Position numbers and translations under genes: made by a program | Shown: positions 9,844-19,263 of the stretch, piece by piece | Layout: each line of letters opens with the position of its first letter | Position numbering within the stretch: position 1 is the first letter of the stretch | The notes under the pieces: generated by a model | The model's database searches: none | Told to the model about the DNA's origin: nothing | The model's input: only the letters and a program-made list of their open reading frames with translations | Source of the DNA: a virus | Taxonomy: Duplodnaviria; Heunggongvirae; Uroviricota; Caudoviricetes | IMG/VR virus record: IMGVR_UViG_2526164669_000027 | Strand: one strand, 5' to 3' | Length of the DNA: 48,145 bases

Positions 9844-12800
9844 TACCGATATGCTCCGCTTAACTGACCACCATCACGGGACTGCTGTTGCATAAAGTCC
9901 GCTGCTGCTTTTTTCCCGAGGTCATAAACCACCTTCAGGGCAGCCGGACCTATCTGCCCGTTCGTACCATCGTTATTGATCTCGATGTTGTACTGCGGGG
10001 CAAACATCACCATACCTGAACCACCAATATCCGCCACAACACCCAGCCTGCCATCAGCACCACGACGCAATGGCAGAATGGCTTCAGGCCCCGCTTCTCC
10101 CATCACACCCGCGCCTTTTGCAAAAGCAAAAAACGTAGGACGGTTAACCACCGTGCCACTGTAGCGACTCAAATCAGCAGACTGATAAACACCACCATCA
10201 GCATTGGGCGTCACACTGGCAGTTGCTGCACTCCCCCAGCCAAACGCCGAACCAATCCCCTTAACTGCCTGCATCATGGCCATCTGCGACATGATTTTTG
10301 CCAGATCAGAAAGGAGCGAGGCGGTAAAAGATTTGAAGTTCAGTTTTCCGGTGGTACAGAACGTCGCCAGTGCATTACCTGCACTGTTAAATGCCGCTGT
10401 AAACATCTGCTCAGCGGTACCTGCCGCGTTATCCGCACTCTCTGTAAAATTCTGAAACGCCCGCATGGCACCGTTTTTCCAGTCTGCCTGCATCAGTTCC
10501 TGTTCCTGCCAGTAGCGTCTGTTTTCATTCAGTTGCCGGTTAAGACTGTCTGTCAGCATCTGCTCAGCATTCCGGTATTCATCTGTGCCGTATGTTCCTT
10601 TCTGCTTACTGTCACGCTCCAGCTGTTCCAGTTGCTGCTGGTATTTTTGTTGCAGACTGAACTGCGCCTGGTATCGCTGACGCTGTTTATCCCCCATCCC
10701 TGTCGTGGCGATATCCAGGTCATGTTGCTGACGCAGAGTCCGTTCCTCTTCCGCCAGCTGGCTGGCAAGCTGAATGGATTTTTTCTTAAGGTCATTCAGC
10801 GCCGTCTGCTTCTGCAGCTCCTGCTGTTTTGCATCCAGCAGCGTCAGCGCCTGAATCAGTTCATCCTTATGCGCCAGCACGCTTTTTTCATCTGCCGTCA
10901 GCTTTTTACCGGCTAAATCACTGATACGCTGCTGCAGGGCCAGAAGCTGCTTATGCGCTTCCGTCATTTTTTCCGTGGTCAGTCCCGCAGACTGTCTGGC
11001 GGCGGCGATCTGCCCCTCCACCTGCGCCTGCTGCTGACTGTACTGCAACAGCAACCGGGTGGCTTCATCATTGCGGTTTTCAGATGTTTTTTTCTTAATG
11101 GCTTTTTCGTAACGTTCATTTTCACGCTGTATCGCTGCGTCCCTGACCGCCTGGTCGGCGTACTGCATGGCATTGATGCGCGCAATTTCACGTTGATGTC
11201 GCGCCGCTTCCGTTTCATTCATCCGGTTCAGCGCAGCATTTTCAGCATTCCGGCGTTTCTGCTGTTCCTGATAATTTCGTTCAGCCTGCGCTTTTGCATC
11301 CTGTAAATCTTTCTGGCGCTTTTTCTCCTGAAGTTCATCAAGGCGTTGCTGGTCGTATTCCACTGTGGTGGATGCATTTGTCCAGGGCGATTTTTTCGCA
11401 CGCTGAATTTTTTCCTGCAGCGCCGCAATCTGCGCATCAAGGGAATCATTACGCCCGATATTCATGGCGGCATCCCAGAACTGCTTCCACCAGTCAGATA
11501 AGGTTTGCAGCGTACTGCCCAGCGCATTGAGATTATTATCAATATCAGATGTGCGTTTACCGGTTTCCTCTGCCAGTGCAGACATGGCTATCCGGGCGGC
11601 GTCACTGGTGCGCCCCTGCTCTCCGAGCACACGGATCTGTTCAAGCTGGGTGGCTGTCAGAAAATGCAGTTCATCATCCAGCGCCTTCGCAGCACTGACC
11701 GGATCATCCTTCAGCCGTTTAAACTGACTGATGGTGTCACTGACAGACTGCCCTACCGAGCGTTCCATCTGTGCGGCAGCTTTCGCCACCATACCAATAT
11801 CGTTACCGTGAAATGCACCGCTCCCCACTACCTGCGCCAGTGCCCCCGCCATGGCATGTTGCGTGATGCCATTACCGGAAAGATTTTTACTGAGCGCCCA
11901 CAACTGCCCGGCTGTCACACCGGCATAGTGTCCGGTGAGCTCAAGCTGCCGGTTAAAGGCTTCGCCTTCTTCCTGCCCCTCCATCCAGGCTTTACCCAGA
12001 CCAATAACCGCAGCAGTGATCCCTCCGATAACTCCCCCCACCGCCAGGCCTTTCGGAGTCATTAATTTATCAATCCAGCCGGCACGGTTAGCCAGGGTGA
12101 TCCCGGAGCCACGAAGCGCACCGAAATTACCACGCGCCAGTTCACCAATCATGACCCCCAGCTCCCGACGGGCTGCCGCACTTTTCAGTCCCAGCGAATG
12201 TGTGACCTTCCCGGCTTTTTCCATTTTGCTGATATACACCTCAGCCGCACTACTGACACCCAGCTGCGCGGCTTTTGCCCTGAGCAGCTCCGTGGATGAA
12301 AGATTCTGAGCGGATACCTGCTCCTTCAGCCGCCGGATAAAGGCCGTCTTCTGGCGGGCGGCGGATTCTTCAGCCTGAGCCAGCACGCGGGTTTTCGCTG
12401 TCACCTCAGAAATCAGGGCCAGATAATCCTGCTGAGCAATCCCGCCACTGTTTCTGGCCTGTCGGATCTGCTGCTGAATACGCTGTAACTCCTGCAGCCC
12501 CGCACTGGCCTGTTTTACGCTGTCGATCTGACGATAAAATGCGGCAGCCATCTTATCCTGCGCCGCAGCCAGCGCAGCCGCCTGAACCTGCTCCTCCCGC
12601 ATCTGACGACTCAGGGCCTCCATCCGCAGGCGCGCCCTTTCCACATCTTCCGCCAGCGAAACATGCCCCTGCGCATGCTTCACCACGGCCTGAGTCTGTA
12701 TCACCGTCGCGCTGGCAGCCTGTTTCTGACTTTCCTCAAACCGTTTCATACGGGCTTCGGCCCGCTCCGCCTCCCTTGCTGTACCATTCAGCAGATTTTT

Positions 12801-12875
12801 TACACGCGGAAGCTGCTCTTTAAAATCGGCGGTATCAATGCTTAAATCAATGACAAGGTCAGCAATCTGGTCCAA
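9843..12875 (-). CDS. H: tail tape measure protein H (1010 aa)
   Basis: Long coiled-coil-rich ORF with Gly-rich C-terminal region, downstream of G/T. Confidence 0.9.
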   Translation of the reverse strand: MDQIADLVIDLSIDTADFKEQLPRVKNLLNGTAREAERAEARMKRFEESQKQAASATVIQTQAVVKHAQGHVSLAEDVERARLRMEALSRQMREEQVQAAALAAAQDKMAAAFYRQIDSVKQASAGLQELQRIQQQIRQARNSGGIAQQDYLALISEVTAKTRVLAQAEESAARQKTAFIRRLKEQVSAQNLSSTELLRAKAAQLGVSSAAEVYISKMEKAGKVTHSLGLKSAAARRELGVMIGELARGNFGALRGSGITLANRAGWIDKLMTPKGLAVGGVIGGITAAVIGLGKAWMEGQEEGEAFNRQLELTGHYAGVTAGQLWALSKNLSGNGITQHAMAGALAQVVGSGAFHGNDIGMVAKAAAQMERSVGQSVSDTISQFKRLKDDPVSAAKALDDELHFLTATQLEQIRVLGEQGRTSDAARIAMSALAEETGKRTSDIDNNLNALGSTLQTLSDWWKQFWDAAMNIGRNDSLDAQIAALQEKIQRAKKSPWTNASTTVEYDQQRLDELQEKKRQKDLQDAKAQAERNYQEQQKRRNAENAALNRMNETEAARHQREIARINAMQYADQAVRDAAIQRENERYEKAIKKKTSENRNDEATRLLLQYSQQQAQVEGQIAAARQSAGLTTEKMTEAHKQLLALQQRISDLAGKKLTADEKSVLAHKDELIQALTLLDAKQQELQKQTALNDLKKKSIQLASQLAEEERTLRQQHDLDIATTGMGDKQRQRYQAQFSLQQKYQQQLEQLERDSKQKGTYGTDEYRNAEQMLTDSLNRQLNENRRYWQEQELMQADWKNGAMRAFQNFTESADNAAGTAEQMFTAAFNSAGNALATFCTTGKLNFKSFTASLLSDLAKIMSQMAMMQAVKGIGSAFGWGSAATASVTPNADGGVYQSADLSRYSGTVVNRPTFFAFAKGAGVMGEAGPEAILPLRRGADGRLGVVADIGGSGMVMFAPQYNIEINNDGTNGQIGPAALKVVYDLGKKAAADFMQQQSRDGGQLSGAYR

Positions 12876-13173
12876 ATCTCATTCCTCCCGATATACCTTC
12901 CCCCAGATGCATCAGCTCTTCATCCGTGCGTTCAGGGATCACCCTGTCATCCGTAACCAGACTGAAATCATCCGCCGGAATACGTTCACCGGACACCATC
13001 TGAACCATCAGCGACTTCAGTGTGGAAATCTGTGCATCCAGCCAGATATCCCCGAAACTCTGCTTCCGGAAGAAATCCCCCCATTCGCCCAGTTCTGACG
13101 CTGACATTTCTGATAACATCCGCCGCCAGTCTGCCCGCCGGAACTCACGGGCAAGCTGCATCACAAACTGCAT
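12859..13173 (-). CDS. T: tail assembly protein T frame (made as a G-T fusion by -1 frameshift)
   Basis: ORF in the -1 frame relative to the G terminus, no independent start; conserved lambda G/GT arrangement. Confidence 0.7.
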   Translation of the reverse strand: MQFVMQLAREFRRADWRRMLSEMSASELGEWGDFFRKQSFGDIWLDAQISTLKSLMVQMVSGERIPADDFSLVTDDRVIPERTDEELMHLGEGISGGMRFGPDC

Positions 13174-13181
13174 CTCCCGCG

Positions 13182-13601
13182 TCAGGACTTTTCCGGTGTC
13201 AGGGGAACCTGTTCACCGTTCTGAACATCACCGGTGGAGACCGGCATACCACTCAGGGATAAAACCAGACTGCCCCCGTCGCCAAGCGCGTCATAAGACC
13301 AGGTGTTTTTTACATCCTCATTCAGCGCATCCACATCCTGTGACGGGTCCGTATTCCACATTGACCGGGAAACCAGCCAGGCATTGATATCCATCCCCAT
13401 ACGCAGAAATTCAATCTGACGATCAGCCACCGGCATGGCATCATCCAGGGCGTCAAACTCAGCTGTCCGTTTCTGGACAAACGCCAGATACTCCACCCGC
13501 TGAAGTCCGGATAATTCCGTCAGTACCACAGACTGATTACCGTAGTTAAATGTGTCCTGTTTCAGAAACATGTCCCCTCCGTAAACAAAAAACCCCGGCA
13601 T
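13182..13601 (-). CDS. G: tail assembly chaperone G
   Basis: MFLKQDTF...LTELSGLQRVEYLA resembles lambda G; ends at a GGAAAAG-type slip site. Confidence 0.85.
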   Translation of the reverse strand: MPGFFVYGGDMFLKQDTFNYGNQSVVLTELSGLQRVEYLAFVQKRTAEFDALDDAMPVADRQIEFLRMGMDINAWLVSRSMWNTDPSQDVDALNEDVKNTWSYDALGDGGSLVLSLSGMPVSTGDVQNGEQVPLTPEKS

Positions 13602-13627
13602 ACCGGGGTAAAAAACAGACTGCCAGG

Positions 13628-14368
13628 TTAATCACCATTAACGGTAATACCGGCCACAGCAACCTGCGCACCACCCGCAGTCATCCCCACAATCGAGGTG
13701 CTGCCCGCTTTCACACCTTTCACCGTGGCCACCATGCCACTCAGCGTAACCGTGGCGATATCAGGAGATGATGACGCCACACTCACCGTTTTATCAGAAG
13801 CATCTTCCGGTACTGTGCTGAATGTCAGCGTCGTCGTTGCCCCCACCCTGACACTGGCGGAAACCGGCATTACTGTCAGCCCGGTCACCCCCACAATTTC
13901 AGTCCCCTCCTCAGCCAGATACGGACGCCCCACACCGCTGATTTTAACCGTACGGGTCATCACATCTTTTGACGTAATGGTTTTACCCAGCGAACTCAGC
14001 CAGCCGCGGAACACATCAACGGTACCGTTAGGGTATTTAATGCGGAATGCACGAACTTCACCGGAATCAAACAACTGAATCAGTTTTTTCTGTCCGCTGT
14101 CACCCGGACGCCAGGCCAGCGTCGCGGATGTATCACCAACAGATTTTTGCCCCTGAGTTGTCGTTTTCCAGTCAGCATTTTCATCATCGAGATAATCGTC
14201 ATCTTCCGCATCTGCAGTCATTTCCCCCGGCTGCAGATCCTTCACCATCGCGAGGCGCAGCCAGTCCGTATCTGACAAAGGATTCGCAAATGCGTCGCCC
14301 TTGCCGGTATACATCCAGAACGTCGTCCCCGCCCCTTTCATTTTTTCAAGTGGATTCGGTGTCGTCAT
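13628..14368 (-). CDS. V: major tail protein V (with C-terminal Ig-like domain)
   Basis: MTTPNPLEKMKGAGTTFWMYTGKGD... matches lambda V as recalled; start trimmed to the ATG at 14368. Confidence 0.9.
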   Translation of the reverse strand: MTTPNPLEKMKGAGTTFWMYTGKGDAFANPLSDTDWLRLAMVKDLQPGEMTADAEDDDYLDDENADWKTTTQGQKSVGDTSATLAWRPGDSGQKKLIQLFDSGEVRAFRIKYPNGTVDVFRGWLSSLGKTITSKDVMTRTVKISGVGRPYLAEEGTEIVGVTGLTVMPVSASVRVGATTTLTFSTVPEDASDKTVSVASSSPDIATVTLSGMVATVKGVKAGSTSIVGMTAGGAQVAVAGITVNGD

Positions 14369-14378
14369 TTCCCACCCC

Positions 14379-14780
14379 TTAATTTGTATATGTGATTTGA
14401 TACGTGATTTCCGCCATCGCCCATGTTGCCATATCGTTATCACGCTGATAGTTAAATCCCCGTGGGATCATGGTATCGATAAGGCCGTAAAGCGCCGGAA
14501 TATCCTCCAGTGCCGGGTAAATAATGTTGTCCATCCACGTATCCAGATCAGAATCCGGTGCCTGTGCGCGGATAAAGACGGCGACATGCAGAACTGCCAG
14601 CCAGTCATCCTCATCCGTCATTTTTCCGGTGTACTGTGCATCACTCAGCCACACCGCCACGGCAGGCAGCTCCTGCGCATCAATAAAGGCAGGAAGGCCG
14701 TCAAACAGGACGGTCTTCTCCCCGCACGTCGTTTTCAGGCGCGACAATACGGCCTGACGAATTTGTGTGTGTCGGTTCAT
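14379..14780 (-). CDS. U: tail terminator protein U
   Basis: 133 aa resembling lambda U (..PAVAVWLSDAQYTG..). Confidence 0.85.
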   Translation of the reverse strand: MNRHTQIRQAVLSRLKTTCGEKTVLFDGLPAFIDAQELPAVAVWLSDAQYTGKMTDEDDWLAVLHVAVFIRAQAPDSDLDTWMDNIIYPALEDIPALYGLIDTMIPRGFNYQRDNDMATWAMAEITYQITYTN

Positions 14781-15367
14781 CGGGTCAGATATAACCTCAG
14801 TTGGTGTTTCAGGGCATACCCCAGCTGTTTCGGCATCTCGTTATCAATGACGCTTTTACGGGCATCCTCAAATGCCTGTGTCAGCGCTCCGGCCAGCGGG
14901 ATTTTCACAACCTCCACAGGTAGACGATTTTTTTTCGGTCTGCCCTGATGGTCGCGCCCTGTTGCGAAACGCGCTTCAGGAAGACGTCTCAGAACATGCC
15001 AGCGACCATTCGCCAGTTGCCGGATAAACGCGCCACGGAAAAAATATTTCCCCACCCTCAGCCCGTCACCGGCACGCCGTCGCGTTGTGTTCAGTTTGAT
15101 GGCGGGAAGGTTGCCACGATTAATGCGGATCCTGGCATACATTTTTCCGGAAGGGCTGGCTTTAAGTACCCTGACACGCTCACGCACCAGTTTCAGGGGG
15201 ATCCCCTTCACCTGGTTATCACCGGCTACGGTATCGCGGGCAACCTGTCGGGTAGCCTGAGAAATGGCTTTCTGTGCCACACGATTTATTGCCCAGGCGC
15301 TGGCCTGTGGCACCATACGGGTATCAAGGATGTCCAGATTACGGATGGCGTTTTCAAGACCTTTCAT
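14777..15367 (-). CDS. Z: tail completion protein Z
   Basis: MKGLENAIRNLDILD... resembles lambda Z; start trimmed to the ATG at 15367. Confidence 0.85.
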   Translation of the reverse strand: MKGLENAIRNLDILDTRMVPQASAWAINRVAQKAISQATRQVARDTVAGDNQVKGIPLKLVRERVRVLKASPSGKMYARIRINRGNLPAIKLNTTRRRAGDGLRVGKYFFRGAFIRQLANGRWHVLRRLPEARFATGRDHQGRPKKNRLPVEVVKIPLAGALTQAFEDARKSVIDNEMPKQLGYALKHQLRLYLTR

Positions 15368-15728
15368 AATATCGCCCCGTACTGATATCACCCCGGGAAC
15401 TGTCACACCGTTGCAGGCGGATATAACAGCATCCCCCGTCGTCCGGAGTAATGCGATCCACCCGAAAAAGATCCCCACCAACCTCCAGCGTATCCAGACG
15501 GCGCAGTCCCGTAATATCTGCTGTTTTCACAAACAAAGACGGTGAAGAATCTTCAAACCGTACTCCTCCGGCAACGAACGAAATTTTTTCAGGATCATCA
15601 AAAACACCCCTGAGTGTTTTTCCTTCAAGCTGACCGGACGTAATTACCGCCGTAATCCCCATATGACAAAGAATGACCTCGTCAGCCATGGCGACGGCGG
15701 CATCAAACGGATTATCGAAATCTGCCAC
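15354..15728 (-). CDS. FII: head-tail joining protein FII
   Basis: MADFDNPFDAAVAMADEVI... closely resembles lambda FII. Confidence 0.85.
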   Translation of the reverse strand: MADFDNPFDAAVAMADEVILCHMGITAVITSGQLEGKTLRGVFDDPEKISFVAGGVRFEDSSPSLFVKTADITGLRRLDTLEVGGDLFRVDRITPDDGGCCYIRLQRCDSSRGDISTGRYYERS

Positions 15729-15741
15729 CTTTCCCCCACAT

Positions 15742-16122
15742 TCAACACATTTTCACGAGGCCACTTTCTGCCATGCTGGCTGCCTCCACGGCAGATACAC
15801 GAAACACTTCTCCCGGACGTACAAATGCCACGGGGTTATCCCGTGTGGCGTGGAGTGCATTGACATGTAACATCACCACAGCTTTGACCATGACCATATC
15901 CACAGAATTTCGGTTCTCACTCTCCCCACGTTCGGATCGTGTTTCGTTTTTTTGTTGTGGTTCTTCATCATCCTTATACAGGCCGTCTGAACCATCACTT
16001 AATTCTTCTTCCCACTCCGCCAGGCGTTGTTCAAGATCAGCTTTAGAGCCTGAAATATCGGCATCGCGCCCGAGTACTGCCGCCAGCTCCTGAAGACGCG
16101 CTGTTATTTCTTCTTTTGTCAT
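15742..16122 (-). CDS. FI: DNA packaging protein FI
   Basis: MTKEEITARLQELAAVLGRD... resembles lambda FI; ATG at 16122 with AGGAGA RBS. Confidence 0.7.
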   Translation of the reverse strand: MTKEEITARLQELAAVLGRDADISGSKADLEQRLAEWEEELSDGSDGLYKDDEEPQQKNETRSERGESENRNSVDMVMVKAVVMLHVNALHATRDNPVAFVRPGEVFRVSAVEAASMAESGLVKMC

Positions 16123-16172
16123 CACATCTCTCCTGTGCGATAAAGAAAAAGGCGGGAATATCCCGCCTGACC

Positions 16173-17201
16173 TTATTTCACCTGAACCACCACAAACGCG
16201 TCTGGATCCGGCAACACCATCAACGGCGCAGACTGCGTCATGGTATATTCGCACCCCGGGTCCCCCACCTCTAACCAGTGTTTCGGATAACGAATTGCAG
16301 AGGTGATCCCTTCACTCAGCGCCTGGTTATCCTGGATTGCGCCATAACAACGGACACCCTCCACCTGAGTGTTTCCAAGAATCAGTGTGCCTTCCGGCAG
16401 ATAACGCTGCTCATCCCCGTTTTCATCAACATACGTTGTTTTCGCCACCATGATGGCCAGATCACCGTAATAACCTTTAAAAGAAACCACGGACCCCAGA
16501 TCTTTCAGCGCGGTTTCCAGTTCAGATTTTGAGCCACGGCGGGTATCCAGTTTTTCACGAAACAGTTTAAAACCGTTCAGCATACGCCAGACAGTACCGT
16601 CCATAATCGCAATATTGATGGTACCGGAAGCAAAATCGCAGTACGCATCCAGATCATGCGTCGGATCAAAGGTGTCAGCATTCTGTTTTGACCATTCGCG
16701 TCCCCCTGCCTGCGTAATGTTATTGGCGGCAGAACGTCCAAAATCCACTTCCACCGTCTCAAACTGTTCACCGCTCATGGTGTACTTACCCTGCAGAACA
16801 GCGCTGACCGCCTGCATTTCTTCCACCTGCACAATCGCTTGCTCTTCCTGTTTCAGGTTGTCAGTCAGAATACGCAGGCGACGGTAGGCCGGGTCATTAA
16901 GACGGGCCGGATCTTCCCCCGGAAGACGCTCCACCGCCTGCTGATAATCCAGCCGGTGTTTTGGTTTAACATAGCCGGGGCGTAACACGCGGGTTTCACC
17001 ACCACGACTGCGCAGTACCTTACCTGACACAACCGGAGACACATATGCCGCAACCGGTGTTTTTCCGGTGATTTTATCCAGCATCACTTCCTGAGTATGG
17101 AAAGTGACCGTACGACGAAAAAACAGCTCCAGAAACAGCGCACGGAATTTCACTTTCTGCTCGGTGTAGCCGAGCAACTGACGCGTGGTAAATAACCCCA
17201 T
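16173..17201 (-). CDS. E: major capsid protein E
   Basis: MGLFTTRQLLGYTEQKVKF...YVSPVVSGKVLRSRGG resembles lambda E; AAGGAAAG RBS. Confidence 0.9.
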   Translation of the reverse strand: MGLFTTRQLLGYTEQKVKFRALFLELFFRRTVTFHTQEVMLDKITGKTPVAAYVSPVVSGKVLRSRGGETRVLRPGYVKPKHRLDYQQAVERLPGEDPARLNDPAYRRLRILTDNLKQEEQAIVQVEEMQAVSAVLQGKYTMSGEQFETVEVDFGRSAANNITQAGGREWSKQNADTFDPTHDLDAYCDFASGTINIAIMDGTVWRMLNGFKLFREKLDTRRGSKSELETALKDLGSVVSFKGYYGDLAIMVAKTTYVDENGDEQRYLPEGTLILGNTQVEGVRCYGAIQDNQALSEGITSAIRYPKHWLEVGDPGCEYTMTQSAPLMVLPDPDAFVVVQVK

Positions 17202-17270
17202 AATTGACTTTCCTTTAAAAACACAAACGGGCCGCATCACGACCCGTTTTTTCAGTTAATCACTTCACCA

Positions 17271-17606
17271 TCAGGCGTGGCTGATGGCACTTCCCACAAA
17301 CGCGTTGGCTTTTTTCACCGCATCCACCGAATCCGGCCAGACCAGCGATTCGGTGGCAAACGTACCGCTTTTGTAGTACGTCAGTGTGGGCTCGGTCCCG
17401 GCCAGCGCCAGTACCAGCACCCCCACAGCCGTTCCGGCTTTCTGACCATCCCATGCCACCAGTTTTCCGCTGGCGTCATCCAGCATCAGTGGCGTCAGTG
17501 CAGGCGTGGCAACACTGATACCACTGGTACCTGTTGCGGTATATACCGGATCGCTTCCGGCAAAAATGCGCCCGTCCGCGCGCTTTTCTGTGGTGGTTTT
17601 AATCAT
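17271..17606 (-). CDS. D: head decoration protein D
   Basis: ..TPLMLDDASGKLVAWDG.. resembles lambda D; ATG at 17606 with AGGAGA RBS. Confidence 0.9.
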   Translation of the reverse strand: MIKTTTEKRADGRIFAGSDPVYTATGTSGISVATPALTPLMLDDASGKLVAWDGQKAGTAVGVLVLALAGTEPTLTYYKSGTFATESLVWPDSVDAVKKANAFVGSAISHA

Positions 17607-17646
17607 TTTCTCAGTCTCCTGATTTATCTGAATCACGGATCCCCGC

Positions 17647-19263
17647 TTACGGCATACTCATCAGCAGTTCTTCTTCCCCGTTCCCGGCAGTTCCGCCACC
17701 GGAAACGGCACTGGCGGCATGCTGTGCCATGAAGCGCTCAAAAAGTGTTACCTGTGACGGTTGCGATACTGATGGCGCAGCTGCCAGCAGCGTTTTCGCC
17801 TGCTCCACTGTCATTCCAGGTTGTTCAGCCAGCGCCTGTGCCAGTTTTTCGCGTCCTTTTGCTTCCGGCAACGCAATAATTTGATCGCCGGTACTTGCCG
17901 TACCGGTTGCCGGTGCCGCTGCCAGTAGCATTTTCGCCTGTTCCACCGTCATTCCCGGCTGTTCAGCCAGCGCCTGTGCGAGTTGTTCACGCCCTTTAGC
18001 TTCCGGCAACGCCATAATCTGCTCGCCGGTACTTGCCGCACCGGCAACCGGTGCCGCTGCCAGTAACGTTTTCGCCTGCTCCACCGTCATTCCCGGCTGT
18101 TCAGCCAGCGTCCGTGCCAGTTGTTCACGTCCTTTTGCTTCCGGAAGTGCCACAATCTGATCGCCTGTGCTGTCAGTACCGGCAACCGGTGCTGCCGCCA
18201 GTAATGTTTTTGCCTGCTCAACTGACATTCCCTGCTGACCTGCCAGCATCTGCGCCAGTTTTTCGCGTCCTTTCGCCTCCTGACAATTCAGGATCCCCAT
18301 CACGCGCTGATTTTCCTGGGACACCGCTTCAGCAACGGTGAGATTTTTTGTTGTCATCGTATTCTCCTGTGTAACAGAGTCGTTCAGAGCAGAAACCATT
18401 ACATCAACGGCATCTGCAGCATTAATCAGTTGATCAGCCAGGCCTGTATCAATGCCTGCCTGACCGTCATAAACGGCAGCCTCAGTATTCATCACCACCG
18501 CTGAACTCAGCCCCGTATAAAGTGCCACCTTGTCGACAAACATCCGGCGGGCCTCATCAATACGGAGCTGAAAATCCGCACGCACACCTGTCGGCAACGC
18601 CTGAATACTGTTGCCGTCAACCTTGTGCTGCCCGGAGTAAATCAGCGTGATATCCACGCCTTCCTGTGCCAGTTGTTTCTCGTAACTGGTGTGCGCCATC
18701 ATCACACCAATCGAACCAATTTTTGCCGTCTGCGTGACCAGCCGACGCGTACAGGCCGCCGCCAGCAACATGGCGGCTGAACAGGCCATGTCATTACACA
18801 GCGCCCACACGGGCTTCTGTTCCCGCAGACGGTAAATCATGTCAGCACAGTCAAACGCCCCGGCAGCCTGACCGCCCGGACTGTCGATATCCAGTAAAAT
18901 GCCGCGTACATCCGGGTCGTTCACCGCTGACTTAAGACGGGCAGTCAGACCGTCATAACCGGTCATACCGGAATATGGCCGCAGGGTACCCATTTTATGT
19001 ACCAGCGTGCCGCTCACCGGCAGAATGGCAATACCATTTTTCACCTGGTAACTCTTTACCGGACGCGGACCACCAGTCATATAATCGGTAACCGCCAGCT
19101 GCATACCATCGGCATCAAGCTGAACGGCCTGCTGCGGAACGGCAAGGCTGCCCGCCCCCATCTCCTTACCCAGTGCGCAAAAGAAAACCCGCGCATAGGC
19201 GGGTTCCAGTAAAAGCGGCTCATTAAATGCCATCGCGGCAATATGTGATAAATTACAGCGCAT
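17647..19263 (-). CDS. C: head maturation protease / scaffold protein C (S49 peptidase family, Nu3-like C-terminal part)
   Basis: N-terminus ..HIAAMAFNEPLLLEPAYARVFF.. matches lambda C; C-terminal part carries four in-frame 46-aa repeats. Confidence 0.85.
   Translation of the reverse strand: MRCNLSHIAAMAFNEPLLLEPAYARVFFCALGKEMGAGSLAVPQQAVQLDADGMQLAVTDYMTGGPRPVKSYQVKNGIAILPVSGTLVHKMGTLRPYSGMTGYDGLTARLKSAVNDPDVRGILLDIDSPGGQAAGAFDCADMIYRLREQKPVWALCNDMACSAAMLLAAACTRRLVTQTAKIGSIGVMMAHTSYEKQLAQEGVDITLIYSGQHKVDGNSIQALPTGVRADFQLRIDEARRMFVDKVALYTGLSSAVVMNTEAAVYDGQAGIDTGLADQLINAADAVDVMVSALNDSVTQENTMTTKNLTVAEAVSQENQRVMGILNCQEAKGREKLAQMLAGQQGMSVEQAKTLLAAAPVAGTDSTGDQIVALPEAKGREQLARTLAEQPGMTVEQAKTLLAAAPVAGAASTGEQIMALPEAKGREQLAQALAEQPGMTVEQAKMLLAAAPATGTASTGDQIIALPEAKGREKLAQALAEQPGMTVEQAKTLLAAAPSVSQPSQVTLFERFMAQHAASAVSGGGTAGNGEEELLMSMP
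17775..18310 (-). repeat. four tandem in-frame 138-bp repeats within gene C
   Basis: Marker GCCAG(C/T)A(G/A)CGTTTTCGCCTG recurs at about 17783, 17921, 18059 and 18197 (138-bp period); protein repeat EAKGRE(K/Q)LAQ..PGMTVEQAKTLLAAAP. Confidence 0.8.

Noticed and set aside
11505-12309. Plus-strand ORFs (186 and 124 aa) inside the tape measure gene
   Set aside because: Antisense to H; typical high-GC shadow frames
17775-18310. Possible CRISPR-like repeat array
   Set aside because: Repeats are 138 bp, contiguous without spacers and in frame inside gene C; they are coding tandem repeats
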